From positions 96,001 through 160,000 of the IMG/VR virus record IMGVR_UViG_2061766007_000586: a stretch of DNA of 64,000 nt; one strand, given 5' to 3'. The notes under the pieces were generated by a model that was given only the letters and a program-made list of their open reading frames with translations, searched no databases and was not told where the DNA came from. Positions 12,801 to 22,400 of this stretch are shown piece after piece. Made by a program: the position numbers and the translations under genes. Position 1 is the first letter of the stretch; each line of letters begins with the position of its first letter. Source of the stretch: a virus. Lineage: Duplodnaviria > Caudoviricetes.

Positions 12801-15800
12801 TATGCTGTTGTAATAGTTTCACTAAGACTCTCTGTGTAACCCTGAGCGATATTGCTTACAGTGTTTAATGTAATTCCACCAAGACTATCAGCTGTTGCAG
12901 CTGGTAATGTATAGGAAGGAATTGCATTGATAGCAGACGTATATTCTTCTGTAATAGTTGAATGAAGATTCGTATCAGCTAATGTATAAGCACTTGTAAT
13001 GCTTGTGATATTTTCTACAACCAGATCAGCTATTTCACTTGTATAATCATTTACAATAAACGATGTTAACTGAGTGATAGCGGAACTTCTTGCTTCAGCT
13101 TCATCTGCAACAGCAGATGTATAATCTTCAGTGAGAGAAGTACTGAGATCAGCAGTATAAGCTTGTGCAATACTGCTTACAGTTGTAAGAGTAATTCCGC
13201 CTAAAGAATCGGCTGTAGCTTCGGGAAGAACATAAACAGGAATGTCTTCAATAGCACTTGTATAAGCTTCTGTAAGATTGGCCGATAGAGTATCAATTGC
13301 TCCAATACGATTTGATGTCTCAAGCTCAATCTTATTATTGAGATTGGTAGACAGAGCATTTACAGAAGCAGTCAAGGTAGACACAACTGTTTCATCTGCA
13401 AGAATATAAGAACTTGTAATACCTTCATTTGCTACTGTAACAGTACTTGTTGCAATATCAAGAACTGTATTTAGTGTTACACCACCAAGTGTGAGTGCAG
13501 TAGCTTCTGGTAATACATATTCAGGAATATCATTAATGGCACTTGTGTACTGATCTACTAATGTCGTAGAAAGAGTATTAATAGCAGTTGTATATGCGCC
13601 AGTAATTGTGGAAGATAAAGCTGTATCAGCTGCTTTATATTCAGATGTAATATTTGTAGAAGTCGTAGCAATTGCTTCAGTATATTCAGATGTAACGATC
13701 GCAATATCATCGTTCACCATACTGACTACACTATCGATTCTAGAACCAAGAACAATATCATCAGCTAAAAGATCAGATACAGTACTTGTCATAGTTTCGA
13801 GATGACTACCTAAAACATCAGCAATAGCACTAACCGATGCAGTCGTAGCTTTAGAATTCCACGTATCACGTTCTTCAGAAGTAATATGAATTACTGCATC
13901 AGAAACATGAGTATTAATATCATCGATCTGAGATGTGATCTTTGCTACTTCACTATCGGTATAATTTTTACCCATAGAGAATACAGCACTCACATCAATG
14001 TCATGATCAATCACAGCACTTGTAATCGCTTCATTTGCATAAGCCTTTGCAGAATTATAGATATTGGAAATATCTGTAATGTGATTTTCAACAGCAGTAC
14101 TAACTTGTTCATCAATGTAAGTACTAACCGCCGCATATGCGCTAGAAGTTTGATTTGCAGCTGAAGTAAATTGTTCATCAATAGAAGCAGATAGATCTTC
14201 AGATACAGTTGTAATTGATGCTGCAAGAGTTGAACTGATATTATCAAGATCAGATGTACTTGCATAATCAGCAAGAGATGCACTTACTTCAACCGCCGTA
14301 GAAAGAGCGTCAGTAGCAACTGAAGTAGTTGCTTCAATAGCACTTGCATTCGCTGTAACACTTGTTTGAACTAATTCTAATGTTGCTGTATGAGCACTAA
14401 GATTAGATGTAACAAGTTCAAGTGTAGCTGTCGTTGCTGAGATATCAGAAGCAATGAGATTCAGACTAGTTGTATTAGCTGTAATATCAGAAGTAAGTAC
14501 AAGTGAAGTATTAGCAATACTTGTATTGATATCTGAGAAAAGCTCATCAACACCTGAACCTAAAAGATTGAGTTTATTTTCTACCCAATGAATAGAAGTT
14601 GATAAAGTAGTATAGTGACCATACTCTAACTGTCCCTGTGCTAAAAGACTAGAATCAACTTCATTCGATAACACTGTAATCTGACTTGCTAAATCAGTAG
14701 ATAAAACATTATCAGCAGAAATGTAAGCAGAAGTAACTCCAGTTACTCCCGAAGAAACACAATAATTAATCTTGGAAGTAAGTACTGTGTATGCACTTTG
14801 ATCAGCAGATTCAAAAGCAGTTCTTAAAGATCCGGAGATTGCACTAATAGCCGAAGATGTCTTCGTCATAATAGAGTCAGACATACCACTAATTGCATAT
14901 GTGTATGCTTCTGTGATATCTTCTGTATTTGCTAATAAAGCACTATTTACGGCAGACATGCAATCTATCATAATACCACTACTAAGAGCAGTGTCAGCTG
15001 AATTAAAAGAAGCTGTTAAAGTATTTGATAGTGCAATATCAGCATTGGTGTAATTAAGAGTAAGATCAACTGCCTGTTGATTCAGTTCAGAAATACAGTT
15101 ACTCATAACTGCGTCATTAGCTGAAACAATAGCAGCAGTATACTCATCAGAAATTGTATTTGAAACAGCAGTTAATGCTGAATTGAAATTGCTTGTAAGA
15201 CCAAGAGAAACACTCTGATTTGCAAGTGTAATTGATGTATTTGCAATAGTCAGTATTGCATTACGTGCTGAAGCAATTCCACTTGTTAAAGCAGTAGAAA
15301 GAGCAAAGTCCGCTGAAGAATACCCAAGTGTTAAAGTGCTAGAAAGAGTATTTAGATTTGTGTTAACTGTAGAATCAACCATACTCTGGATGGTATTTAA
15401 AGTAATACCACCAAGTTCAGAATCAGTTGCTACAGGAAGCACATATGTTTCAATCTCACCTAAAGCAGAAGAAATCGCAGCATTGTAAGAAGTTGTAATC
15501 GTAGATGAGAGATTAAAATTAGCGGAATTTACAACAGTAAAAATAGCAGAACGTGTACTGTCAATAGCTTGTGATGTTCTGAAATCCGTAGACGTAATTT
15601 GATCGTCAGTATAGTCTTTTGCCATACTGAAAACTGTACTTACATCAATGTCATGTTCAAACACAGCACTAGATACCGCTACTCTAGCAAACTCAACCGC
15701 CGAGTCATAGATAGAACTAACATCAACATCATGGTCTGCTACAGCAGCAGCTACTGTTGAATCAATGTAAGTTGAGACATTAGCAAATTTGGCTGTGTAA

Positions 15801-16309
15801 TCATTAACTAATGAAGTTTTCGTCTCATTAATAAGAATAGTAGTACTTTCAGAATCAGCATCTAATCTACTATTCATTGCACTGACGGCAGATTGAACTG
15901 CCTCAGTCTGTTTCGTATCAACCTGGTTAATAGCAAGCGTAAGTGATGTTGTTTGATCATTCACATAAGCTATGACATCACTGGTACGAGCTATATCAGA
16001 AGTAACACTAATAATGTTTTCTGAAATAGAAATACCAGCTCCTTCAAAAAGCTTATCTTGTTTTTGATCAACTTCTATCATAGCAGTATTCAGTTCCTCC
16101 GGAAGAACATCAACTGTTATTTTACCTTCGCTGTCGGTGTAAACAACATTGTCAGGTAAGAAGTTTTCACTTAGTCTACCGCCAGGAGCAAGATACGGGA
16201 CAACAACAGGTTTTCTGTTACTTACAGAAAGAACCAGATTGTCCAATGTAGCCTGCGGGAATACGAAATTCCCCGACTTATCGACTAGTATAATTCTTTT
16301 GTATTTCAT
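3812..16309 (-). CDS. Giant Ser/Thr/Ala-rich fibre protein (4165 aa): coiled-coil segments punctuated by about 29 Y.LP.AT...LGG.TL repeats
   Basis: 12.5-kb ORF; LPxATxxxLGGV fibre motif repeated about 29 times; HITxxERxxWN.K motifs; YT.AD coiled-coil repeats; small globular C-terminal domain. Confidence 0.85.
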   Translation of the reverse strand: MKYKRIILVDKSGNFVFPQATLDNLVLSVSNRKPVVVPYLAPGGRLSENFLPDNVVYTDSEGKITVDVLPEELNTAMIEVDQKQDKLFEGAGISISENIISVTSDIARTSDVIAYVNDQTTSLTLAINQVDTKQTEAVQSAVSAMNSRLDADSESTTILINETKTSLVNDYTAKFANVSTYIDSTVAAAVADHDVDVSSIYDSAVEFARVAVSSAVFEHDIDVSTVFSMAKDYTDDQITSTDFRTSQAIDSTRSAIFTVVNSANFNLSSTITTSYNAAISSALGEIETYVLPVATDSELGGITLNTIQSMVDSTVNTNLNTLSSTLTLGYSSADFALSTALTSGIASARNAILTIANTSITLANQSVSLGLTSNFNSALTAVSNTISDEYTAAIVSANDAVMSNCISELNQQAVDLTLNYTNADIALSNTLTASFNSADTALSSGIMIDCMSAVNSALLANTEDITEAYTYAISGMSDSIMTKTSSAISAISGSLRTAFESADQSAYTVLTSKINYCVSSGVTGVTSAYISADNVLSTDLASQITVLSNEVDSSLLAQGQLEYGHYTTLSTSIHWVENKLNLLGSGVDELFSDINTSIANTSLVLTSDITANTTSLNLIASDISATTATLELVTSNLSAHTATLELVQTSVTANASAIEATTSVATDALSTAVEVSASLADYASTSDLDNISSTLAASITTVSEDLSASIDEQFTSAANQTSSAYAAVSTYIDEQVSTAVENHITDISNIYNSAKAYANEAITSAVIDHDIDVSAVFSMGKNYTDSEVAKITSQIDDINTHVSDAVIHITSEERDTWNSKATTASVSAIADVLGSHLETMTSTVSDLLADDIVLGSRIDSVVSMVNDDIAIVTSEYTEAIATTSTNITSEYKAADTALSSTITGAYTTAINTLSTTLVDQYTSAINDIPEYVLPEATALTLGGVTLNTVLDIATSTVTVANEGITSSYILADETVVSTLTASVNALSTNLNNKIELETSNRIGAIDTLSANLTEAYTSAIEDIPVYVLPEATADSLGGITLTTVSSIAQAYTADLSTSLTEDYTSAVADEAEARSSAITQLTSFIVNDYTSEIADLVVENITSITSAYTLADTNLHSTITEEYTSAINAIPSYTLPAATADSLGGITLNTVSNIAQGYTESLSETITTAYIAADETLASSIAELDDKVTSEVGIVADNVLGLDTRVSANSTAIQAVSNSLSGFATVSDYNTLVTSVTEGFTSRDNNLTSAISNVNASIETVSDTLVSTVNEKFTSATNQTSEVYSTVSTYIDSKVEEAVSQHITDISNIYDSAVAYASAAVSEAIIDHDIDVSAVLGMAHAYTDSHTSDEVVHITSEERAAWNAKTDAASVSSIATAIATNLDTEATASITSAYTDAITEQVTSVTTAYTSAIATTKEETVTSVTSAYTTADTNLSIALTSAYTAADEALTLSITSAYTSAIDSAFNSIEEYVLEPATSDKMGGVTLTTISNIASTYATTTEEAVTSAYTTADETLSADITTSYTNLVDSTSSAIIDEAVSAIAEVISSSTTLITTSYTTADTTLSETLVSGYTAADTELETSITAAYTSADNTLSASITEAYTSAIADIPEYVLPEATTSTIGGITLSTVSSIAQGFTATLDDVITSAYTLADEELVSTFTTSINTVSAGLVEDYTSKIVAVTSAYIAADTALSASLVDQFTSAIEDATYVLPAATVDSLGGVTLTTISTIATSIVDASVETVTSAYTDAISVETAARTSAISDLSDEVTSQITAETTARTSSINTLSSALIDQFTSAITVEDETFTSALNAASATITDEYTSAINAAVDAIPEYTLPEATSDTLGGITLNTVSTIAQSYTTTLSTGLTSAYIAADGELTSDFTTSVNTISSVLAGAFVSADNLLSANLTTSYIAADTTLSAALVEDYTSADSELSATLTSAYTSAIASAISSIDEYVLPEATDDTLGGVTLTTVKDIATEEATSATTTMSTTLVDGYTSAIAEEAVARTSAITDATTSITNAYVSADSELSELIDTISSQLPEDFTSQLNDMSDLLTSDYTEKYDKLLTSLTTSYVDTTTLNTTSSNITSEYLAAISTSAYVLPTATASTLGGITLTTVSSVANDLSTSNIAVVREEITEDYTSEFTIDRESMTSLAAELAEVSASIATASTSDIAEAVTSASTIAQNLMDSVTSDYLDAIDTLSTTVTDAYTSADTSLSGFVTSKTSQLTESITSGIADAVTSAEALDQNLLEVMTSAYVDADETLSATITEEYTSAIESIPAYTLPAATADSLGGVTLTTVSNIASTYTDIAITSVTAASTSLAASIADTKTSTITDALTSAITFDSALEVQLTSDYTAADTTLSATITEAYVSADAELMESVTSMIDAIPEYELPVATSTTLGGVTLTTVSTIAAGYASTSALAVSSTLVADYTSKFADEEENRTSALNTLSATITEEYTSAINEIPEYTLPEATTSVLGGITLNTVSNIASGYTDTALTAASNASSALSVSIADMKTSAVTEAVTSAFNLDHGLTETLVSNYTEADTSMYNKITSEYTEAIGDIPAYTLPAATTSDLGGVTLTTVSTIAASLATTSVNALSSTLVEDYTSKIADEEDARTSADTDLSASITEAYISADTALSATLVSQINLAGTNATTSIETLSTELTSLVDEKFTSADTFTSEVYADVSTYIDDQIGSAITLHVSDVSNIYNSAIAFANEAVTSAVIDHDIDVSAVISMAKNYTDSQVTSTVSDLTDLVEVHTSDVVIHITADERTSWNAKPEFTNVSTIASTVAQSFVDTATSNITDAYTSADLVLSSTITLAYTSAINDIPEFTLSAATSDTLGGVTLTTVSNIASGYVADNYDTVTSEYTEADKTLFGLLATSITNATSDIPTLIANAQTSAVSTAVASAFALDSGLTEAITSGYIDADDTLSTALVNQFTSAISDSLYTLPEATTSTLGGVTLDQVTSIANTQASTSALSVSDTVTSAYKAAITSMTDAITSDYSDADATLSADLVEGYTSAINDIPEYVLPEATMDSLGGVTLSTVSGLATGVATSLDGALESRLNSAMGSNINGLQSVMANNYATMGSNLTNVATTITSNYKDADSALYTSITSEYTEAITSSIYVLPEATTTSLGGVTLSTISSIADAYTVTAITSITNASSTLNTAIETAKTSAVIDAVTSAGVLDDTLSEVLTSAYEDADDTLSATITEEYTSAIAAIPSYTLPSATADTIGGITLTTVSTIASGYAGAVEESVTSAYVDADTELDTSLTNKFTSADAVLSSNITLAYTSAINNIPTYTLPAATNDSLGGITLTTVSSIATDRATSLVNAMSTTITNEYTSAIDEAINSIEPYTLPTATVDSLGGITLTTVSTIASSIADGLDTTLTSDLTVEIATQKTSAITVAVASATSLDAALSSTLVEDYTSKIADAVSGLSNYTLPEATTSTLGGVTLETISTIATSKANAMSVSITSEYTDAISAEHTSMVNYVTSEINAIPVYTLPAATSDSLGGVSLTTISSIASSIATSADTTLSATITEAYTSAISDASYTLPAATSDTLGGVTLTTISTIADEMATSHDYTLVAATSDSLGGVTLTQISTIANAYASASAATVAEAYVSADTALSGLMNTSIVALSSNLNEAITAGDTSTITVAVTSATSLDNALSVLLTTSYASADTVLSAAIVEDYTSKITSVINNLPDPGVTEVRVSEIAISADNTLSATITEAYTSAIADAAYTLPTATADSLGGITLTTVSTIASAQASAQVSTATATITEAYTSAISSALDAFEVPETYVLPSATADSLGGVTLTTISNIASSYAADAVTSTGVLDTSLSIEITSAYTDADNTLSSALVDDYTSKIASAVDGLSNYTLPAATSDTLGGVTLDSVTSIASDQATSVVASVSTTITSEYMSAIAAIDYTTTSVAYATSAGNVTVPAATSDTAGIVTLTQISDIVTSENSTLSATITSEYEAYVTSELDTQSTDITTSLTSYVSAQISSASIGGGGITESQVSDIVISTMESNMTSYSVELTYNGPFKVFYDVDSSTLSCIGGRVQLGTSMMTIAGSDVSGTITENDRSICFYLYYESSAFSSGYCLHNVLPAQATSAQGYYKVLGVVHEDSETNSVVVTQYHYGDIDINGRVTP

Positions 16310-16353
16310 AGTCCAAACCTTATATAAGAGTGATGACTAACACCGTTTAAACG

Positions 16354-16362
16354 CATAAAATG
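16354..16362 (-). promoter_or_regulatory. Late-type promoter CATTTTATG
   Basis: Recurring motif ending in TATG (the phiKZ late promoter core), 45 nt upstream of the start codon. Confidence 0.6.
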
Positions 16363-16370
16363 GCCAAAAA

Positions 16371-16399
16371 AACCTACCTGGGAAATTCCCAGGTAGGTT
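16371..16399 (-). terminator. Intrinsic terminator
   Basis: Palindrome aacctacctgggaa/ttcccaggtaggtt with a U-tract on the minus strand. Confidence 0.9.
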
Positions 16400-16408
16400 A
16401 ACAATTAA

Positions 16409-19400
16409 TTAAGCATTGAATTCAATAACAGCACCTTCATCAGCCGATATGATTGCTCCTGCATTACTTGTTACATTCAATGCAGAACCATCACTGGCAA
16501 CATAAAGTGTACCATCAGAACTTACAACAATATTAGTTACTGAAGCATTTGCAGAAATATGAAGTTCACCATGATCGTGAATAGTAACACTATCTATTGT
16601 ACAACCAGGATTGCAGAACATAGCTCCAGTATAGATATTGACATTTGACACTATACTACTAGTAATTCTAGCAGTGCATGCACTATCAATATCTAAACCA
16701 TTAATCGTACCGTTAACAAGTTGTAAATACCCTTCGCATTTAACATGATCCATATGGACATTATCAGAAGCCATAGTCCATGTTGCTATACGAGCACTCG
16801 TAAAAGATCCTCCATTTAGATAAACATTACCTCCTAATATAGCAACATTGCTTGCTACATTACCGTTTAACATTAATCTATACGGAGCACCAGAGAATGT
16901 CACATTACTCAAATATCCACTAGTAAGAACAGCATAATCAATTCTTAATGTCGCATCAAGAATAGTACCACCCGTCACATAGCAAGATATTGTCCAACCA
17001 GGAGTAGGTGTTAAATTCGCACCACTTAGTGTAGTATTCGAATGTATTGTTACTATACTCAGATTACTTGTTGTATGATCGATTACATGAGACGCAAATG
17101 TAACACTTGCACCAGTTGCTATCTCAACATATCCACCATCTTCAACAATATCCGTAGCTGTTGCACCCGAAGATACAATAAGTCTTGTACACTCACCTAC
17201 AACAACATTAGAGGCCGAAGCTAATGGATATAAAGTCATACAACAATATCCCGTTATATTGTTTGTCATTGAAACACTTTCAAACAATCCATGGGCAAAT
17301 CCATACAAATATGCAGCATCATTACTAACACTAACTGAAGCATTGCTTACAACACCACCTGATCTAGCAAATAATCTTCCTCCTGTCATGCTAACATTTT
17401 CAACAACACCATTATCCATAGCACAAACAATATAAATTGTAGACCATGCGACTGACACATTACTTAAGGAGTCAACTATATATTGCGAATCTTCTGAATT
17501 ATAAAGTACACCACTATACTGACTTGTATAAGTAATATATGCACCCGTACGAGATATAATCATACCTGTGCCTGTTGGAGGATAATCAACGTTAACAGCA
17601 GTACCGCCAGAAGATACTTCTAGCATTCCTGTATTTACCATAACATTCGAGCATATACCATTAGAGTATACGTAAAGATTACCTGCACTTAATGTGATAT
17701 CTGTTGCAGTTGTTAATTCATGAACTGTCATTCTAACACCTGAACTGAGAACCAGCCCAGAAGTTAATGTAGAAGCAAAAGTAACATTTGCATTTTCATC
17801 AGCGGAGACATAACCACCATTTTCACGAATATTAGTAACAATACCACCGCTAGAGATAAATATACCACCTTTTGCTTTAACTATAACGTTATCAGCAATT
17901 CCACTAGAAAGAACATGCAGATATCCACTAGAAATAGTAAGATTACTTGCAACTGTGTTAGAATGAATTGTGGCTGAGCCACTTGATAATACTCCACTAA
18001 ATACATGTGAAGCAAATGTAGCAGTTGCACCAGATACAATACCAACATAACCACCATTTTCGATGATATCATTTGCTACAGCACCTTCAGATACCACAAG
18101 ATATCCACCATTAACTACAGTGATAGTACTAGCAATACCACCTGCATGAATACCAGTACTCCATGTACAAACGGTAGTATTGTACACAACACCGCCAGAA
18201 TTAACATGAAGATCACCGCTTACATTTACATTACTGGCTGTACCACCGGAGCTAATATAGAGGAAAACTTGTCCTCCAGAGACTGTGACATTGTTAGCAA
18301 TACCACCATTCTTAACACTCATACTACAGAGATTTGCTACAGTAATATTGTCTACAACACAGCCTTCTAATACGTCTAAGTAATCCCACTGAGTAAGTTT
18401 AAAATTAGAACCACTACCATTTCTAAATTCAATAGCAGAGCCAGCATATGTTCCTGCAACACAAGTATCAGATGCAATAGTTAATTTTAACGCAGCACCT
18501 GCTTTTGCGTTAATACCAGTAGCTGTACCACCGCTATAAACATAGAAATAACCGCCAGAGTTGATAGTTGTGCTATTAGCAACACCACCACTAGAAATAA
18601 ATATATCTCCGCCGACGTTAAGTGTAGTATTACTTAATATACCATTAGAATTTATATAAGCAGATCCACCTCTACTAATATTAGTATTAGTAGCGATACC
18701 AGAATCAAATACTTCCATGACTACAGTTGAACCTAAAGTTTTACCAGTCATTGAATCAGTATGTGATAATAGTGTACCATTTGATCCATAATAAACTCCA
18801 GTGAACAGAATATCAGTAGCATATGTTACATATGCACCAGCTTGCGAAACAACTCTACCTTCAGTTGGTGTACGTGAAATATTTAATGCAGTTCCTCCAG
18901 ATGAAACACAGAGATATCCACCGGAGCTAACCACAGTATTACTCGCTATCCCACCGGAAAGAACATATACATTACCTCCAACCAGGTATATATCATTCGC
19001 TAATCCATCAGAATATATGGTTGCATTAGCACTAGAATAAAGTGATGCCGAGTTCATTGTACCACCAGAAGATATGTACAAAGAACCACCAGATGCAGTA
19101 GTATCATTAAGTATACCACCATCTCTAACATTTATTCCATAGTTGTATACTACACCAGGACTTGATACACATACGGCTGAAACACCAGTAGCTTCACCAC
19201 CACTAATGACTAAACCACCGGCTATAAGTTCAGTATCACTAGCTATACCACCAGAACTGACAACTAGAGTACCATAAACTTTATTGCCTGATACCACACC
19301 ATTTTCTTTTACATGCAGTACACCTTCAACCTGATAACGTGAATCTGTTGGCTCTGTTACTATAGCAACACCACCACTAGAAATATACGTATAGTTGAGA

Positions 19401-22400
19401 TACAATACAGTAGCTCCTGCACGAGAATCAACAACACCACCTTGACTATCTATATCAACAGCAGAACCACCAGACATGACTGTTAAAGTACCACCACTCA
19501 TTATAGGATAGGTTAATATTCCACCTGCACTGACAGTTATAGCACCACCTGTCATAGTGATATCTTCAGCACTGCCACCAGATAAAATGGTTACACTATC
19601 TAATCCACCTCCAACATTACTTAAGACATGACCAGAGAAATAAGCATTTTCCATGGTCCTCCAACCATAAGTGTAGTAAGCGTTGATGTATGTATTCGGA
19701 GCAACTGTAACTCTAATGCGACCAACTTGTGGCATAACGTGAGAAATATAGCATCCAGATTTACCATCAATTGATAGTGCGATTCCAGAAGCGTTAACAA
19801 AAGAACCACCGCTATAAACTGTAACAGTGTTGTATTTGCCAACACAGCTATTTCCACCATCGTAAATAGCACCTGATGAAATATTAACACGTCCATTATT
19901 GTTATAATCCGAATTACCAATCTTAGAAATAGTAGCACTATCAGCTATATTGACTACGCCACTATAAAGTGTTATTAAATCTACAACACCTTGTGATATA
20001 GTTGCTGTACCTTTGTTAAGATCTATGTGTGATGCAGAAGCATTGGAAAGAACATTTACAACGTTATTTGCACCAAATACTGATACATTAGAAAGAATAG
20101 CACCACTTGTTGCATTTAAAGTACCAGACTGCATGACCAGATATTCTGCACTAGTCATATCAGTATCAACATTAGACACACCAGAACTAACTACTATTAA
20201 ATTGCCTTCTTCATTAATCCACTCAATATAAGCACCGTTGGTGATGGTAACTCTTTCAAGGTATGCAGTACTAACATGTAGTGCAGTACCACCAGAAGCT
20301 ATTGCAAACGCATTACCTTGCGGTACAGTTGGATTAATTATAACGCCACTAGGATTAACAGTAAATTCTCTGAAATTCTGAATAACAGGATTAACAACAG
20401 AAGCACCCGAGAAAACTCGTACGTAATTACTATTCACACCTGTAATACCAAATAGTGTTGTACCAGAATGTAATTGAATATTTTTTCCACTTATCATCTG
20501 GAGACCAGAAATATAATTAGGTGTAAAATGCTTAACCTTAGATACTACACCCGGTTCTATATTCCCACCATGTTCTGTACAATTACTGATAGTTGTATTG
20601 CCATTGCCGCCAGTAACATAGCCGCCATACAGTACCTGAAGATTATCAATAGTCGTACCATTGAAACATGACAAATCACCTAATCTAACCAATACATTAC
20701 CATAAGAACAATCAGATATACTTACTTTACTATTATTGTCGATAATTAAATCCCATTCTCCTTTACTAAAAACAAGAGAAGTATCATCAATAACATCAAG
20801 TGCATATCTAGCTGAAGCTGATGCATAATCAACACCTACAGCCATATGATTAAATTCAACCCCAGATGTATCCTGTAAATGAATATAATCATGGAATCCT
20901 TCTGATGTTACACCATCAGCAAGATTGTAAACTCCTGAAGATAATTCTTCATCTGGCATTGTTAATGTATAAATAGGTGTACCACTAACCATAGATATAG
21001 GAGAAAGTAACCTACTATTATCTGGTACTAAACTTGTTAAATCAAAGTTAATAACACCACCAGATTGTACGTCAAATCCCTTATACTGATTGGTACAAAC
21101 CATACTACCTGTTATTGTACCACCTAAAACAAGTATTCCAACACCCCAGTCGTATCCAGTTCTCAATGCAACATTACTAGCATATCCATATACACGTACA
21201 TTAGCAGCCGTACCAGTTGCACTGACATTAACTGCTGAACCACCAGATGATATAATTGCACCACCATAGTTAGTCGCATTTAAGTCATAGCCATAACCAC
21301 CACTAAGTATAAGGATGCCTCCGTGATTTATTCTTCCGGCACTAAGGACACCACCTGAATGAACCCTAATATCTATATTAGAACCACCAATATCAATACC
21401 TGTTGTACCTGAGTGCATTGTGCAATTACCAACACTCAAACCAGAAAATGTATTAGGGATATAATTAACTAATGCTGATTCGTGCGCTGAAACATTACCA
21501 CCATTCTCTGTAACATTAATAGCAGAACCACCTATAAAAACGCTTAAATGACCATATGGATTAACAACAACATTACTAGCTATACCAGAGTATTTAACCC
21601 CAAGCTTTCCAGAATTATTTACTATGATATCAGTAGCTGTTGTACCAGAATGTACGGTAGCATAATTACTTTCTATTGTAAGTTCGGAAAACGCATTTGG
21701 AACAAAAGTTGCATTACCTGCATGATTGTTATTATCGAAACCGGTATTAACATAACCTCCGTTTTCTACAATCAATTTTGCATGGCTATGAGCGTTAGAA
21801 CCAAGTGTAAGCGAACCTCCATAGTTAACTACAGTACTTGTAATTCTACCCATTGATGACACATACATAGAACCACCACTATTAATAGTTGTATCTGTAT
21901 ATCTTTCATCTGGTAATACTGTAATAGTCTGACCATTATTAATAATTGTACCAGAAATAGGAATACTGTAGTTATCTAATATAAACATTAAACGACTAGT
22001 AGTATTATCGATTTCTAATGTAATCTCTCTATCTTCACAAACAACTGGATTTCCGAGAGTAAGAACACAAGCACTTACTCCGTCTTTATAGACAGTAACA
22101 GGATATTGTGAAAACTGAGATCCAGGCCAAGCAAGTCTATACGAACCTTGTGAATTAGCACTTGTAAAATGAAGAGTACAGATAGGACTATCATCAATAT
22201 CAATAGTACCATTATTACTATATCTAGTAGAAGTAGTATTAACAGGCGTTAAACCTACTAAATTATAATCAAGAATAGCACCAGATCTAACTAATGCACT
22301 TGCACCAGATCCAACACTGACGAATCCTTTTAATGTACCACCTGATGATACAACTAACCCATAGCCACTTGATTTAGTTATAGTAACCGAATCAGCTACA

